Source of the DNA: Nitrosopumilus sp.
GTDB lineage: Archaea > Thermoproteota > Nitrososphaeria > Nitrososphaerales > Nitrosopumilaceae
Reading direction: 5' to 3'
DNA: 64,000 bases
NCBI GenBank assembly: GCA_965207445.1
Contig: CBDBLX010000002.1
Coordinates: 1,815,849-1,879,848 of the forward strand
This document shows positions 50,417-61,393 of the stretch, piece after piece (the first letter of the stretch is position 1; every line of letters begins with the position of its first letter). The position numbers and the translations under genes were made by a program. The notes beneath the pieces are model-generated. The model worked only from the letters and a program-made list of their open reading frames with translations. It searched no databases and was not told the origin of the DNA.

Positions 50417-51598
50417 ATGAATCAAGAAAAAAATGAATTTGTCAGTCATATTGGCAAACGTCCTGCAATAAATCAATTTGATGAATCAATCATACACTAC
50501 AAAGCAGACAGACTAAAGAGTGCACTCAAATGTATAAATCAACACATAAAGAGTAACAAATACGACATACAAGCTCACTATATGAAGACACATATTTTAG
50601 AGTGTATGGGAAAGTGGCATGAGGCCATACTATGCATAGAACAAGTATGGAATGAAGAGAATGCAAAACCAGAGATAATGCTACTGAGAGCATTGCAGTA
50701 CATGCATGTAGGCAATGTAGAAAAGTCACTTGAATTCATAGACAAGGCAGAAAGATCAGATGGATTTGTAGGTGATGTGTATAGATGCAGAGCAAGAGTC
50801 ATGTTTGAGTTGACCATCAAAAAATTGACAAACCAGCTCGATGAATCAATTAAATGGATACAAGAGGCGTGCAAAATAGATCCGCATAATGCATACAACC
50901 ACAATGAGGCAGCTAACATACTGTTTACAAAATTCGCAATGGAAAAAAGTACAGGTGCAGAGATGCTTGAAAAGTCCATAAGACACGGTAAGATTGCAAT
51001 CGGATTGGGAGACAAACATGTGCGCACACACTATAATCTAGGCAGAGCGTCATTTCATGCAAGAGACATGGACTCGGCAATCATGTATTTTGAGAAGACT
51101 AGTAAAATAGACAAAAATTTTGCAAATGCATATGCCATGACAGCACTAGCCATGATGCAAAAAGAAGACAGAAAGTACCCAAGTTATCGGGCATCAGTAA
51201 TGACATTGTATGATAAGGCTCTAAAAAAAGACGCAAAACTGCCATTTGTACTACAAGCCAAAGCTAGATTACAGTTAGGTGAGTATGATTTCAAGGGAGC
51301 ACAAACAACACTAAAGGTATTATCAAGAATAGAGCCCAATAATGGGCAGGCGTGGGTATGTCTTGCAATGACATATGTCTTTGAGTGGTATGTAAGATAT
51401 CATGTTGATGATGTAAAAATTGACCGCGCATTTGAATGTCTCTCAAGAGCACCAAAGAACACAAAGTATGCAGATCTAGAGTATGAAGATTTAGTGAAAA
51501 TTGCTTATGGTAATAGTGAAAATGATATAATGCGAACGCTCAAGAGATATGCAATTTTAGATCACAGATATGATACAGGCATAATGTTAATTATATGA
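50417..51598 (+). CDS. Tetratricopeptide-repeat protein
   Basis: Recurrent ~34-aa helical units such as THYNLGRASF..AIMYFEKTSKIDKNF, IDPHNAY, IEPNNGQAW. Confidence 0.82.
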   Translation: MNQEKNEFVSHIGKRPAINQFDESIIHYKADRLKSALKCINQHIKSNKYDIQAHYMKTHILECMGKWHEAILCIEQVWNEENAKPEIMLLRALQYMHVGNVEKSLEFIDKAERSDGFVGDVYRCRARVMFELTIKKLTNQLDESIKWIQEACKIDPHNAYNHNEAANILFTKFAMEKSTGAEMLEKSIRHGKIAIGLGDKHVRTHYNLGRASFHARDMDSAIMYFEKTSKIDKNFANAYAMTALAMMQKEDRKYPSYRASVMTLYDKALKKDAKLPFVLQAKARLQLGEYDFKGAQTTLKVLSRIEPNNGQAWVCLAMTYVFEWYVRYHVDDVKIDRAFECLSRAPKNTKYADLEYEDLVKIAYGNSENDIMRTLKRYAILDHRYDTGIMLII

Positions 51599-51622
51599 TC
51601 ATCAACATAAAAGTTCACACAT

Positions 51623-53012
51623 CAGTAGTTCGCAATGTGCTCAATTTTAATGATCTTATTTCTAATTATGCAGTACGATAGATTTACAATGGTAAGGAAC
51701 CACCGTGCTCCAATTCCCACCGAAGCAGTCTTCTGATTGAACCGGCAATTGAATCTACAAACGCATCCATTGTGAATAATTTTTCATCTACAAGTCCGCC
51801 GTAATTTTCGTACCTTGCCATTACCCATAAACCATATAATAACATTCCAAAAAATATCAACAGTAATCGAAGCTGCAAGGCGTTGCTAGTTGTCTTTGGA
51901 GTCGTGTTTTTTATCACTCTGTATCCCGTCTCTATTATCCAGCGCTTGCGATAAGTCTCTGGGATGGTTTTGATGAGTTTGCTTTTGCTAGTGATTTTCA
52001 TATTTGTGGCAAATGCCACATACTGATCGACTGTTTTATCAGTTTCTTTGGCATTATTTTTTTTGACGATAAGTAATGTGAACTTTACTGCTTTTTTGTT
52101 TTTATCACGCATCTCAATGACTGATGCAGTTTTTCTCTTTTTGTTGTAAACTTCTAAAATATATTTTTGTATGCGCTTATTTTTAATTGCCGGCATTATG
52201 AAAGACAGGCGCAAGCGCAAAAGTTCATCTATGCATGCAACATTGTAAAAACCCCGATCAAAGAGGCCAAGTTCCGGACGTGCATCCTCTCGAATTAATT
52301 TTTCAATGATTTTACGCATAACTGTGACCATTTTATCCTTACTGGTCACACGATGTGCAAACAAAGGTATGTTACCTGCTTGATTTACCATTTGTGCTGT
52401 CATAAATGAATGAAATCTCGCAGTACCATTTTTGGGCTTTGTTTTTAGCATCTCGGGTTTGAGTGCCTTGCCATAATATTCCCATCCGGTCATATCAATT
52501 GCAATAGTGCCACCTTTTTTGACCATGTTGTGTTTTTTGGCATTCTTGAGCATTGTTTTGACATTCTCGTCACCCCACTTTTTCACTTTCTCTAGATCTG
52601 CACTCTTTAGGCATTTGAGCACAGTATTTTCAGATGGTATGTTTATGCGCTCGCCTTTTTTAAAATAGTTAGCCTCATTGCGTTTTCTTTTGTGTGTTGC
52701 TGCATTTACGCACATGTTGTTGAGTGACATGGTGACAAGTGTACCAAGATAATCATCCACCTCATACGTGTGGTTATATCTGGTTGATATGTCTAGTCCG
52801 AGATCGTCGAATCGTTTTCGTAAAACTTTATAATTTACTTGTCCTAATTCATATTGATGTTCTAGTACCTCATTTTTCATATGTAATCAGAGGTACTAAA
52901 ACGTTCCCACATATTATACTTTCTATTTGATCTGATCAAATATGATCATCAACGTTCAACGACATTGCAGATTATTTAAATAAAATCATATAAAACACAT
53001 TGCGAACTACTG
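51623..53012 (-). mobile_element. ISH3-type element, copy 2, intact, 4-bp target duplication
   Basis: 17-bp inverted ends CAGTAGTTCGCAATGTG. ACAT duplicated at 51619-51622 and 53013-53016. Confidence 0.92.
51684..52880 (-). CDS. ISH3/IS4-type DDE transposase
   Basis: IAIDMT, LFDRGFY, YRKRWIIETGYR (YREK-like). Confidence 0.92.
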   Translation of the reverse strand: MKNEVLEHQYELGQVNYKVLRKRFDDLGLDISTRYNHTYEVDDYLGTLVTMSLNNMCVNAATHKRKRNEANYFKKGERINIPSENTVLKCLKSADLEKVKKWGDENVKTMLKNAKKHNMVKKGGTIAIDMTGWEYYGKALKPEMLKTKPKNGTARFHSFMTAQMVNQAGNIPLFAHRVTSKDKMVTVMRKIIEKLIREDARPELGLFDRGFYNVACIDELLRLRLSFIMPAIKNKRIQKYILEVYNKKRKTASVIEMRDKNKKAVKFTLLIVKKNNAKETDKTVDQYVAFATNMKITSKSKLIKTIPETYRKRWIIETGYRVIKNTTPKTTSNALQLRLLLIFFGMLLYGLWVMARYENYGGLVDEKLFTMDAFVDSIAGSIRRLLRWELEHGGSLPL

Positions 53013-53129
53013 ACATACAGAATGTGAATTAAAATAGACATGTTATAGTTTCACAGAAATAAATAATCATACAATACAAAACAACAAGGCTCAAGATTAA
53101 TATCGCATACATTAATTCAATCAATCATT

Positions 53130-53417
53130 ATGTTTCCAAACAGATGCTCGATTTTAAAAAATGGCAAACAGTGCTTTAATCCACCAGAGTTTATAGTTAC
53201 AATAACGACGATCCCCGAAGATAAAAGTAAACGTGCAGACGAGTACATGTTTGGTGTCACATGCAACACACATAAAAAAGACATACTTGTAGAGGTGCGT
53301 AAATTACAAGAAAAAAATATGGTAACTAGCGGTACAATAGGATTCACACCACTAAAGCCAGTTGGGACGGATTGTATAAAGGGTGATGCATCGGATTTGG
53401 TGCATATTGACCAGTAA
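53130..53417 (+). CDS. Small conserved-type hypothetical protein with Cys/His ligands
   Basis: FPNRCS...CFNPPEF...EYMFGVTC..H...VGTDCI. Coding-like composition. Confidence 0.7.
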   Translation: MFPNRCSILKNGKQCFNPPEFIVTITTIPEDKSKRADEYMFGVTCNTHKKDILVEVRKLQEKNMVTSGTIGFTPLKPVGTDCIKGDASDLVHIDQ

Positions 53418-53659
53418 ATGTATGACATCGGACATCACACTTCAGACGCATCACACTTCAGACGCATCACATTCATCACTACGGCAAACCAATGCAACCA
53501 TTAACAAAAAATTTTTACGGCTATCAGGTTCTCTCTTGCAAACGCGGTTGATTGGTATTTATATGAACTTTTTATCTGAATTTGGTATGTGAGGCTAAAA
53601 AGTGTAAATTTTTAGTACTTTATTGCGCGACTGACGATAGTTTGGAATACGGATTAGTT

Positions 53660-53915
53660 AGAGTTGGTATCAAAAAGACAAACATGGGTGTGGTGGTTCA
53701 CCTTGAAGAAATTGAGGTGTACGCCAAAAATGATAGTTTGATTTGACATCAAAACACAAACAGATGTATAGATTGCAGACGCGTTTGCATACTGCATATT
53801 TCAACACAAGATGCAAAAGGTGCAGTTTGACAAGTATTGGGGCATCATTCGGGACAAGCTACTTCAACGAAACTCACAGGTAGAAGGCTATGGCTACAGG
53901 GAGTACCCCGAATAA
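53660..53915 (+). pseudogene. Probable DUF3800-family remnant
   Basis: Frame 53742-53915 reads V*IADAFAYCIF...YWGIIRDKL...VEGYGYREYPE* (TAG at 53769 in place of the Q of QxAD). Upstream fragment NMGVVVH is in another frame. Confidence 0.5.
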
Positions 53916-54169
53916 ACGTCAGAATGTGCAGCAAGGAACCCCCCACTAGCACATCCCAGGCAATGCTCCGCATGACCCTTAGACAATGTAATATAGATCT
54001 GTTACCTAAATAAGACCTTCCGGTTTTACATATAAAACACAGAACTCGTATAGTCATCCACGCAGCCTGTCTAGTGTGAACCAAGCTCCGTGCCTAGAAA
54101 ATCCACCAAACGCCATTTTCCACGCACAGAGCGTGGTTACACTCCTGTGCCATCTTGCCGGCCTCATTG

Positions 54170-54250
54170 GTAACCGTTCAACCCCCGTACCTGCGCCAGA
54201 CGTTAGGAGGTGAATTTGTGCCTAAATTTAGGAATGGGTCGAACTGTTAC
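54170..54250. mobile_element. 81-bp MITE family copy with 9-bp target duplication
   Basis: GCCTCATTG at 54161-54169 and 54251-54259 exactly flanks the 81-bp element. Confidence 0.93.
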
Positions 54251-54619
54251 GCCTCATTGTATTGACGAGTAATTTTTCGCATCAGCGCTCTGCGCTTGTC
54301 TTTGTACTTTTCATGGGCATACTGATCCAAAAGTTCTGGGTTTCGCGTGTCATGTATGGTGGGGCGTTTTCTGGCCATCATCATGTCAAACATCTTCGCT
54401 AACATCTCTGCGTCACTGCACACCATGCCTAGTAGTTGGATTTGCAGATGGCGTGCTTCTCCAGGACCGCTGTAGACCATCTAGGATTCTTATGTATGTC
54501 GAGATCGGTGGCGGACCATATACGCCTGGCCACGCGCGCGAATTGTATGAATTTCTTACTGAATGGGCCGTCCGTGATTCTATCTATTGGTCCGGATCCC
54601 GTCAAATTGAGAGCGGTAA

Positions 54620-55263
54620 ACAAGACGTAAAAAAAGAACCTACAGCTCCGATTGGGGTAGACAGTAGTGAGAGAAGAGTAGAGACTGACAGGTACGAAAA
54701 ACAACAAAGACCTAATCATTTACTACAAGACTTAACTGACACGCGTCAAGACGTACTTAAAATATTATATTACTCGATAAGCGGACACCAGATCATACTT
54801 GCACCATACACAACTCCAAGCAATGCAAGTGTCACATCAATGCTTCCATATATGGTCAACTTTCTCGTAAAAAACCACACACAGATTGAAAAACGCTTAT
54901 TCAACGGAGACAAGGGATACGACTCGGATCAAAACTACAAGACAATATTCAATGCAAACATGAAACCGAACATAAAGCAGCGCAATCACACAGATGGCGC
55001 AGGTCATACAAACCGTGGCAAACCACCAAGCAAAAAAAAGGCAGCAGGAATTTTTGACAAAGATGCATACAAACAACGCACACTTATCGAGACAATTTGG
55101 AGCAGTAGAAGAGACAAAGAATCACAGACTACATGGTCGTATACGTCTGGCCAAAAACAGAAAGCGGTTTGGTAAAATACTATCGATTGCAAGGAATATC
55201 AACGTCCTGAACAGATTTATCTGCGCTCATAAAAAAGGACAAAAGATTCCATCATACAAATGA
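54620..55263 (+). pseudogene. 5'-truncated, frameshifted IS5-like DDE transposase
   Basis: GVDSS, GDKGYDS, PNIKQR, YKQRTLIE. The C-terminus continues in another frame (54994-55263). Boundaries approximate. Confidence 0.72.
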
Positions 55264-55651
55264 TAGTGACTGCTATCACACTTGACACGTTTCATGTTTT
55301 ATAATCTATGTCTGTCAAAACAACACACACGTATATTCAAAAACAAAACGCACTATAGGTAGATTTCAGTATTCTGCAGATTGAATGTACAATAAACCAA
55401 GTAATCTCACAAAAGGGTCACAGGCATGCTAACGTCAATTACGCACCAATCTCTGCCATCACATGTTAGCGCACGTGTGCATCATGGAGCCCCGACACCA
55501 CATTTTTTGATACCATATTTTAAAAAATATGACAAATCTGAATTACTGAACATTTCTATGCAAAGATGTCTGTTAAAAATTACATGATGTGATTTTTTTG
55601 TTGTGTCAGAATTTATGAATATCGCTATGCGGCATTGATAAAATCACGTTT

Positions 55652-55689
55652 AAAAAAAATATTGACCCCGAGTGTTGACTCGAGGGTCA
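55652..55689 (-). terminator. Hairpin plus T-tract after ORF 55697-55879
   Basis: TGACCC/GGGTCA and CGAGT/ACTCG stems with a 1-nt bulge, followed on the minus strand by a T8 run. Confidence 0.55.
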
Positions 55690-55696
55690 CATATCA

Positions 55697-55879
55697 TCAA
55701 TTAACAGAGTCTGTATCAGATTCACCATACTCACAAGATGAATCATCATCAACATCATGACTTGTAACAGTGTCACGCGTACTATTATTCATAGTGTTCT
55801 TTGAATCAGAATTTTTCTCATTTTCTGCTCTGATTCGTGCCATTTCAAGATCGGCGTTTGTGTGCTTGAACTTTTTCAT
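55697..55879 (-). CDS. 60-aa hypothetical protein
   Basis: TTTTTATATT box ~25 bp upstream and terminator-like hairpin downstream. Confidence 0.55.
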   Translation of the reverse strand: MKKFKHTNADLEMARIRAENEKNSDSKNTMNNSTRDTVTSHDVDDDSSCEYGESDTDSVN

Positions 55880-56009
55880 TTACACTAGTTGATCAATGTT
55901 AATATAAAAATTAGTACATAGCACGTTTAATGTACAGATGAGTAAAAATTACAAGTCTTTTTTTGTAAATTATGGGTGCATGAATTGTGTATATTGGGAT
56001 TAATCCAAG

Positions 56010-56984
56010 TCACCATACAGAATACACAGGTTTTTTGCCCCGCATCCCAAGATCAAGGTTGCGCAATGTAATGTCTGCCATTGCAGAGCGCGTCTCTACA
56101 GTAGAGCTGCCAATATGAGGAGTCAGTACAACATTTTGTAATTGTACAAGTGGATTTGATCTCCGGACAGGCTCAGACTCAAAGACGTCCATACCTGCAC
56201 CAGCAATTACACCATTATGTAATGCATCGACAAGGTCAGACTCACAAACAGTCTTTCCCCGAGAAGTGTTTATTAAAAATGCAGATTTTTTCATCTTGGA
56301 AAATACATTAGAATCAAAGATGTGATGAGTATTGTCATTGTATGGAACATGTACGGATATAATATCACTTTGTGACAAAAGATTATTAAACGTCACATAT
56401 TTAGCGCCAATTCGCTTTTCATCACGCACAGATAGTCTATTGCGATTATGATAAATGATATTGATGCCAAATGCAGATGCTCTTTTTGCAACTGCTTGCC
56501 CTATACGACCAAGCCCTAAAATGCCAAGTGTCTTGCACCCCATATCAACACCCAAATGGTTAACTGCACCATACACTTGAGTCCATTTACCACGGCGTAT
56601 AATACGATCAGATTCAGATACCCGTCTCAAGACATCAAGCATCAATGCAAGTGTTATATCAGCAGTCGCATCAGTTAGGACATCAGGTGTATATCCGACT
56701 GTGATGTTTTTGCGCTTTGCATATTTGATATCAATATGATCAAATCCTACACTATAAGTGCTGATTGTTTTGAGGTTTGGTGCAGCATCAATTATATGAT
56801 CATCAATGAGATCAAATGGATAGCATATCAATCCTTGCGCATCATGTATGTTTGACAGCAACGTACGATGTCCGATAGGTAGACGTCCATCATGTAAGTT
56901 TACATCATATTTGTTATGCAACAGATGCATGGCTGAATCTTGAAGTGGCCCTGTCATGAATATGGTTGGTTTTGGAGGCGCCAT
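56010..56984 (-). CDS. D-2-hydroxyacid dehydrogenase (glyoxylate reductase/D-glycerate dehydrogenase family)
   Basis: SVGFDHID, TPDVLT, GLGRIG, INTSRG, DVFESEP, PHIGS. Confidence 0.93.
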   Translation of the reverse strand: MAPPKPTIFMTGPLQDSAMHLLHNKYDVNLHDGRLPIGHRTLLSNIHDAQGLICYPFDLIDDHIIDAAPNLKTISTYSVGFDHIDIKYAKRKNITVGYTPDVLTDATADITLALMLDVLRRVSESDRIIRRGKWTQVYGAVNHLGVDMGCKTLGILGLGRIGQAVAKRASAFGINIIYHNRNRLSVRDEKRIGAKYVTFNNLLSQSDIISVHVPYNDNTHHIFDSNVFSKMKKSAFLINTSRGKTVCESDLVDALHNGVIAGAGMDVFESEPVRRSNPLVQLQNVVLTPHIGSSTVETRSAMADITLRNLDLGMRGKKPVYSVW

Positions 56985-57363
56985 GATATTATGTGATTGA
57001 CAAACAATTTATAGAAAGCTATTGTATCACATTTGTGAAATACTATAACTTAAAACCACATAATGAAGAATTTGCAACAACGCTTTTGTGTACTTTGAGT
57101 GTAATGAGGTAAAGTGATGAGGGTGTTTGCAAGTATGAAAAATAGCAAAATATGTATGCAACAACAGCAACAGTGGCAGCAGCAGCAACAGCAACAACAA
57201 CAACACAAATCAAATAAATCACTAGTAAAAAGATGGTAATGTTATATGAAAACACACAAAAACGACACAATACTATACTCACATATGATGCACATGTATC
57301 AGCAAACAGCAACATCGACCATACAATACATAAATTACAACAAAAAGTGGAGAAGCAACATTC

Positions 57364-59379
57364 ATGTCTGTTGATTTTACATGGATGATAGGTGGCCCTC
57401 AAGGTAGTGGAGTTGAGTCAGGTGCCACAATATTCTCACAAGTATGTGCCAAAGTAGGATATCAAGTATTTGGAAAGAGGGAATTTTACTCTAACATAAA
57501 AGGTGAGCACAGTTACTTTGCAGTCAGAGTTGCAGACAAGCCAATTCACTCAAATGTCAAAGGTGTGAACCTGCTTACATCATTTGATGCAGAGACCATA
57601 TTTCGCCATTATGATGAGGTGTATGATACCAGAGGCGGCATAATATATGACTCTGAGCTAGAGGACACAGATACTGACAAGGTGCACACACTAGATGCAG
57701 CATTCAAAGAGAGATTACACAAAAGACTCGATGCACATAACACAGAGCACACAATAGGGGACATCTTGCGCCATGCTCAAAATAACGGTGTACTGCTTTA
57801 TCCAGTTTCGTTTAAAGGCATACTAGATGATCTTGCACAAAAATTAGACAACCCAAAGTTAAACAGATATGTCAGACTATACAATACAATATCAGTCACA
57901 CTCTCACTTGGACTAGTAGATATGCCAATAGAACCGTTGCAAGGTGCAATCGATGACATATTTGTTAAAAAACCAGAGGTGGCAGAGTTAAACAAACAAG
58001 TCGCATCAATAGCATCACCCATACTCAATGCTGCAAAAGATACCAAAGAGTTTCCACATACACTGCAAGATTTGACAGCAACAAAGAAAGAGCCAAACAC
58101 AATACTAATTCAAGGACATTTAGGAACGGCTCTCGGAAAGATGGCAAGCGGATGCAGATTCCAATCATATTATCCAATTACACCTGCATCAGATGAGTCT
58201 GTATACTTGGAGGCAAATGAGATACTAGATGTGACAGACAATAGACCAGGCAGTACAGCAATAATTCAGACAGAAGATGAGATATGTGCAATAGGAATGG
58301 CTATTGGAAGCGCCCTTACAGGAACTCGGTCAGCCACATGCACATCAGGTCCAGGATTCTCACTCATGACAGAGGCATTAGGATGGGCAGGAATAAACGA
58401 GGTTCCCATCGTTATAACAGACTATCAACGTAGTGGTCCATCAACGGGTCTACCCACAAGACACGGACAAGATGACTTGCTCTCTGTAATATATGCCGGA
58501 CACGGAGAGTTTCCAAAGATAGTGTATGCATCAGGAAGTGTAGAGGAGAGTTTTTACGACACGACTAGATGTTTTAACTATTCAGATGAATTTCAGATAC
58601 CAGTAATACACATGATGGACAAATTTCTTGCAAGTACAGTTTTGACATGTAAGAGATTTGATACGCAAAAGGTGACGATAAGACGCGGCAAGATGTTAGA
58701 GGATAAACTGCCACATCAGCAAGACGGTGATGAGGATAGTCATGATGATGATGGTAATAATAGTAACAACACAGACACATCATACAAAAGATTCGAGTTT
58801 ACAGATGATGGAATATCACCTCGTGCAAAACTTGGCATGGATGACAAGATATTTTGGAACACGGGAGACGAGTCAGATGAAATCGGCCACATAACAGAAG
58901 ATCCAATACTGCGCAACAAAATGATGGAAAAACGAATGTCACGCCTAGATCTCATACTAGACAGAGTTCCAAAAGAAGAGCAGATCAGATCGTTTGGAAT
59001 ACATGACATAACCATAGTGACATGGGGATCTACAATAGGTCCAATAATTGATGCAATTGATATGTTGAAACAAAGAGATGGTATAAGGGTTGGGCTAGTG
59101 CAAGTCAAGATGTTAAATCCATTTCCTGTAAAGGCAATAGCAGAGTTATTTGATGAATACAAAAGAAATGGCAACAGCAATGTAACGCTAGTTGATATAG
59201 AGGCAAATTACATTGGGCAGTTAGGTGTATTAATGACACAGAATCTAAAGTGCGATATGGATTACTATATATTAAAATACACTGGCCGAAGCATGACATG
59301 CACTGAGGTGTATGATGCATTAAAAAAGATCAAAAATGGTAGTGCCAAAAAGAGGGAGGTTCTCACATATGGCGCTTAG
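57364..59379 (+). CDS. 2-oxoacid:ferredoxin oxidoreductase alpha subunit (fused gamma domain)
   Basis: [41 protein letters not shown]. Confidence 0.95.
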   Translation: MSVDFTWMIGGPQGSGVESGATIFSQVCAKVGYQVFGKREFYSNIKGEHSYFAVRVADKPIHSNVKGVNLLTSFDAETIFRHYDEVYDTRGGIIYDSELEDTDTDKVHTLDAAFKERLHKRLDAHNTEHTIGDILRHAQNNGVLLYPVSFKGILDDLAQKLDNPKLNRYVRLYNTISVTLSLGLVDMPIEPLQGAIDDIFVKKPEVAELNKQVASIASPILNAAKDTKEFPHTLQDLTATKKEPNTILIQGHLGTALGKMASGCRFQSYYPITPASDESVYLEANEILDVTDNRPGSTAIIQTEDEICAIGMAIGSALTGTRSATCTSGPGFSLMTEALGWAGINEVPIVITDYQRSGPSTGLPTRHGQDDLLSVIYAGHGEFPKIVYASGSVEESFYDTTRCFNYSDEFQIPVIHMMDKFLASTVLTCKRFDTQKVTIRRGKMLEDKLPHQQDGDEDSHDDDGNNSNNTDTSYKRFEFTDDGISPRAKLGMDDKIFWNTGDESDEIGHITEDPILRNKMMEKRMSRLDLILDRVPKEEQIRSFGIHDITIVTWGSTIGPIIDAIDMLKQRDGIRVGLVQVKMLNPFPVKAIAELFDEYKRNGNSNVTLVDIEANYIGQLGVLMTQNLKCDMDYYILKYTGRSMTCTEVYDALKKIKNGSAKKREVLTYGA

Positions 59380-60331
59380 ACTTGCAGATTACAAGACAGA
59401 TGTGCATAATGATTGGTGTCCGGGTTGTGGGGACTTTGGTATAGTTAATGCAATACAGATGTCACTTGCCGAGATGAATATAAGACGAGACAAGACTGCA
59501 ATCTTTTCAGGGATTGGATGCTCTGGTAAGACCACACATTTTATTAACACATATGGAGTTCATACTTTGCATGGCAGAGTCTTGACATTTGCACAAGGTG
59601 CAAAACTTGCAAACCCAGATATGACAATAGTTGCAGTGGGTGGTGATGGAGATGGGCTCGGTATTGGTGCAGGGCATTTTGTAGCAGCAGGTAGGCGCAA
59701 CATCGATATGACATATATTGTATTTGATAATGGTGTGTATGGATTAACAAAAGGGCAAGCATCACCCACACTGAAACTTGGTGAAAAGACAAAATCACTT
59801 CCCTCACCTAACACCAACTATAATGTCAACCCAATAGGACTGGCAATTGCAAGTGGGTTTACATTTGTTGCAAGAGGATACTCGTATGATGTAAGACATC
59901 TCAAAGAGTTGATCAAATATGCAATAAACCACAGAGGACTTGCATTTTTAGATGTATTGCAGCCATGCCCAACATACAATGACATCAATACACGAGACTG
60001 GTATGCAGGAAAAGATATGCTAAAAGAGTCACAAGAAAGACACTCTAGGATATACAAATTAGAGGATACAAAATACGACCCTACTGTAAATTATGCAGGA
60101 AAAGAAGAAGTTGACAGACATTTGTCACAAGCACTAGTAAAGTCACTAGAGTGGGGAGACAAGATACCCATTGGTGTATTTTATAAAAATGAGATAATTA
60201 GGCCATACGAGGAGAGGCTAGCGGACAAGATTCCAAACTACATTGAGAACTATCCTGCAATACAGGAAATATCAAAAGATGGAATTGCAAATACAGATTT
60301 GAGCGCAATATTAGACTCTTTGGAGGTATAG
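59369..60331 (+). CDS. 2-oxoacid:ferredoxin oxidoreductase beta subunit
   Basis: [43 protein letters not shown] at 59369. Confidence 0.95.
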   Translation: MALRLADYKTDVHNDWCPGCGDFGIVNAIQMSLAEMNIRRDKTAIFSGIGCSGKTTHFINTYGVHTLHGRVLTFAQGAKLANPDMTIVAVGGDGDGLGIGAGHFVAAGRRNIDMTYIVFDNGVYGLTKGQASPTLKLGEKTKSLPSPNTNYNVNPIGLAIASGFTFVARGYSYDVRHLKELIKYAINHRGLAFLDVLQPCPTYNDINTRDWYAGKDMLKESQERHSRIYKLEDTKYDPTVNYAGKEEVDRHLSQALVKSLEWGDKIPIGVFYKNEIIRPYEERLADKIPNYIENYPAIQEISKDGIANTDLSAILDSLEV

Positions 60332-60435
60332 TCATATATATACATATACACACATATACATACATACACATACATACACACAACTATTACATACAATCAT
60401 TTTACACACAACTGCTTTGCACAAATACTCAAAAT

Positions 60436-60978
60436 TCATTGTTTGAGTGGTACCCACACATCACCCCTAAACACAAATACAGTACCATCAAGTGTTACAG
60501 CACATCCGAGTCTCCATCTAGCAGATAGGGTATCAAAGTGATAGTCAAGTGATTTGGTCTGCTCAGGTATCTTTGTCATATGATGTGGCAAAAGTTCCAG
60601 CACAAAGTCTATCTTTTCAATTGCATTATCAAACCAACGTTTCTCAAGTGCATCTATAACAAATGTTATTTTAATATTACCTGAAAAATGGATCAATGTC
60701 CTTAGTGCATTTCCAGTACCGCGTCTGCGCTTCATCTCCTTTAGGATATCTTTAACACGCTCCCATCGCTTAAAATCAAACCACTTGAAAAAAGCATCAT
60801 TGAACTCAAGTGGAATATCTAAATCAAGATAACTGACAAAATTATCATCAAATGGTTCAGTCTCTTTTTGGACCACAGTAAAGTGAGAGTTTAGTAATCC
60901 ATAAAACACCTCAATCTCCCATGGAGATACCCCATAATACGTCAAGGTGGCACAAAGTGTCTGAGACATGATTAACAA
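60436..60978 (-). CDS. Hypothetical protein
   Basis: 180-aa ORF with globular composition. No motif recognised. Confidence 0.7.
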   Translation of the reverse strand: MLIMSQTLCATLTYYGVSPWEIEVFYGLLNSHFTVVQKETEPFDDNFVSYLDLDIPLEFNDAFFKWFDFKRWERVKDILKEMKRRRGTGNALRTLIHFSGNIKITFVIDALEKRWFDNAIEKIDFVLELLPHHMTKIPEQTKSLDYHFDTLSARWRLGCAVTLDGTVFVFRGDVWVPLKQ

Positions 60979-61102
60979 TGTATTTGAGTATAATTAAGGG
61001 ATTCTTACACATCAAGAAAATACACCAAAGACCCAGATGAGAGAATATGTAAAATTCCAAATTACGAGTAAGAAAAATAGGTGTGAGTCAAGTCTTTGGA
61101 TG

Positions 61103-61215
61103 CAATAATAAAATCATATACTTGTATTTTGTCACATCCATGTCTATATGTCAAGTATTGTGCATGCCATGTATTTGGCTAGGAGTTATTTTGAATGATT
61201 ATATCAGTCATGGAT
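61103..61215 (+). repeat. Dispersed ~115-bp repeat, copy 2
   Basis: Collinear similarity to 1968-2081. Confidence 0.75.
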
Positions 61216-61393
61216 CTTGGTTCACATGTAAAATTTGTTTCCAATTGGGTGGTCTCAATTTGAGGGAATCCACACCAATTTTATAAAAATTCATACACGG
61301 GTAATCATCTGTCATGATGCATACAGAGGGATTAAAGGGTTACAACACAAAGATTAGAAATTTACATATACTGATGATAAATACCGAATTTCA

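Noticed and set aside
46364..53012. Integrated element at tRNA-Ser
   Set aside because: No integrase and no repeat of the tRNA 3' end was found in the window.
54453..54620. N-terminus of the 240-aa ORF as part of the transposase
   Set aside because: It is the antisense of a GC-rich broken minus-strand gene. Transposase motifs begin only after ~54620.
57043..57402. 119-aa minus-strand ORF upstream of the oxidoreductase
   Set aside because: It arises from GCA/ACA microsatellites in the promoter region and has no coding features.
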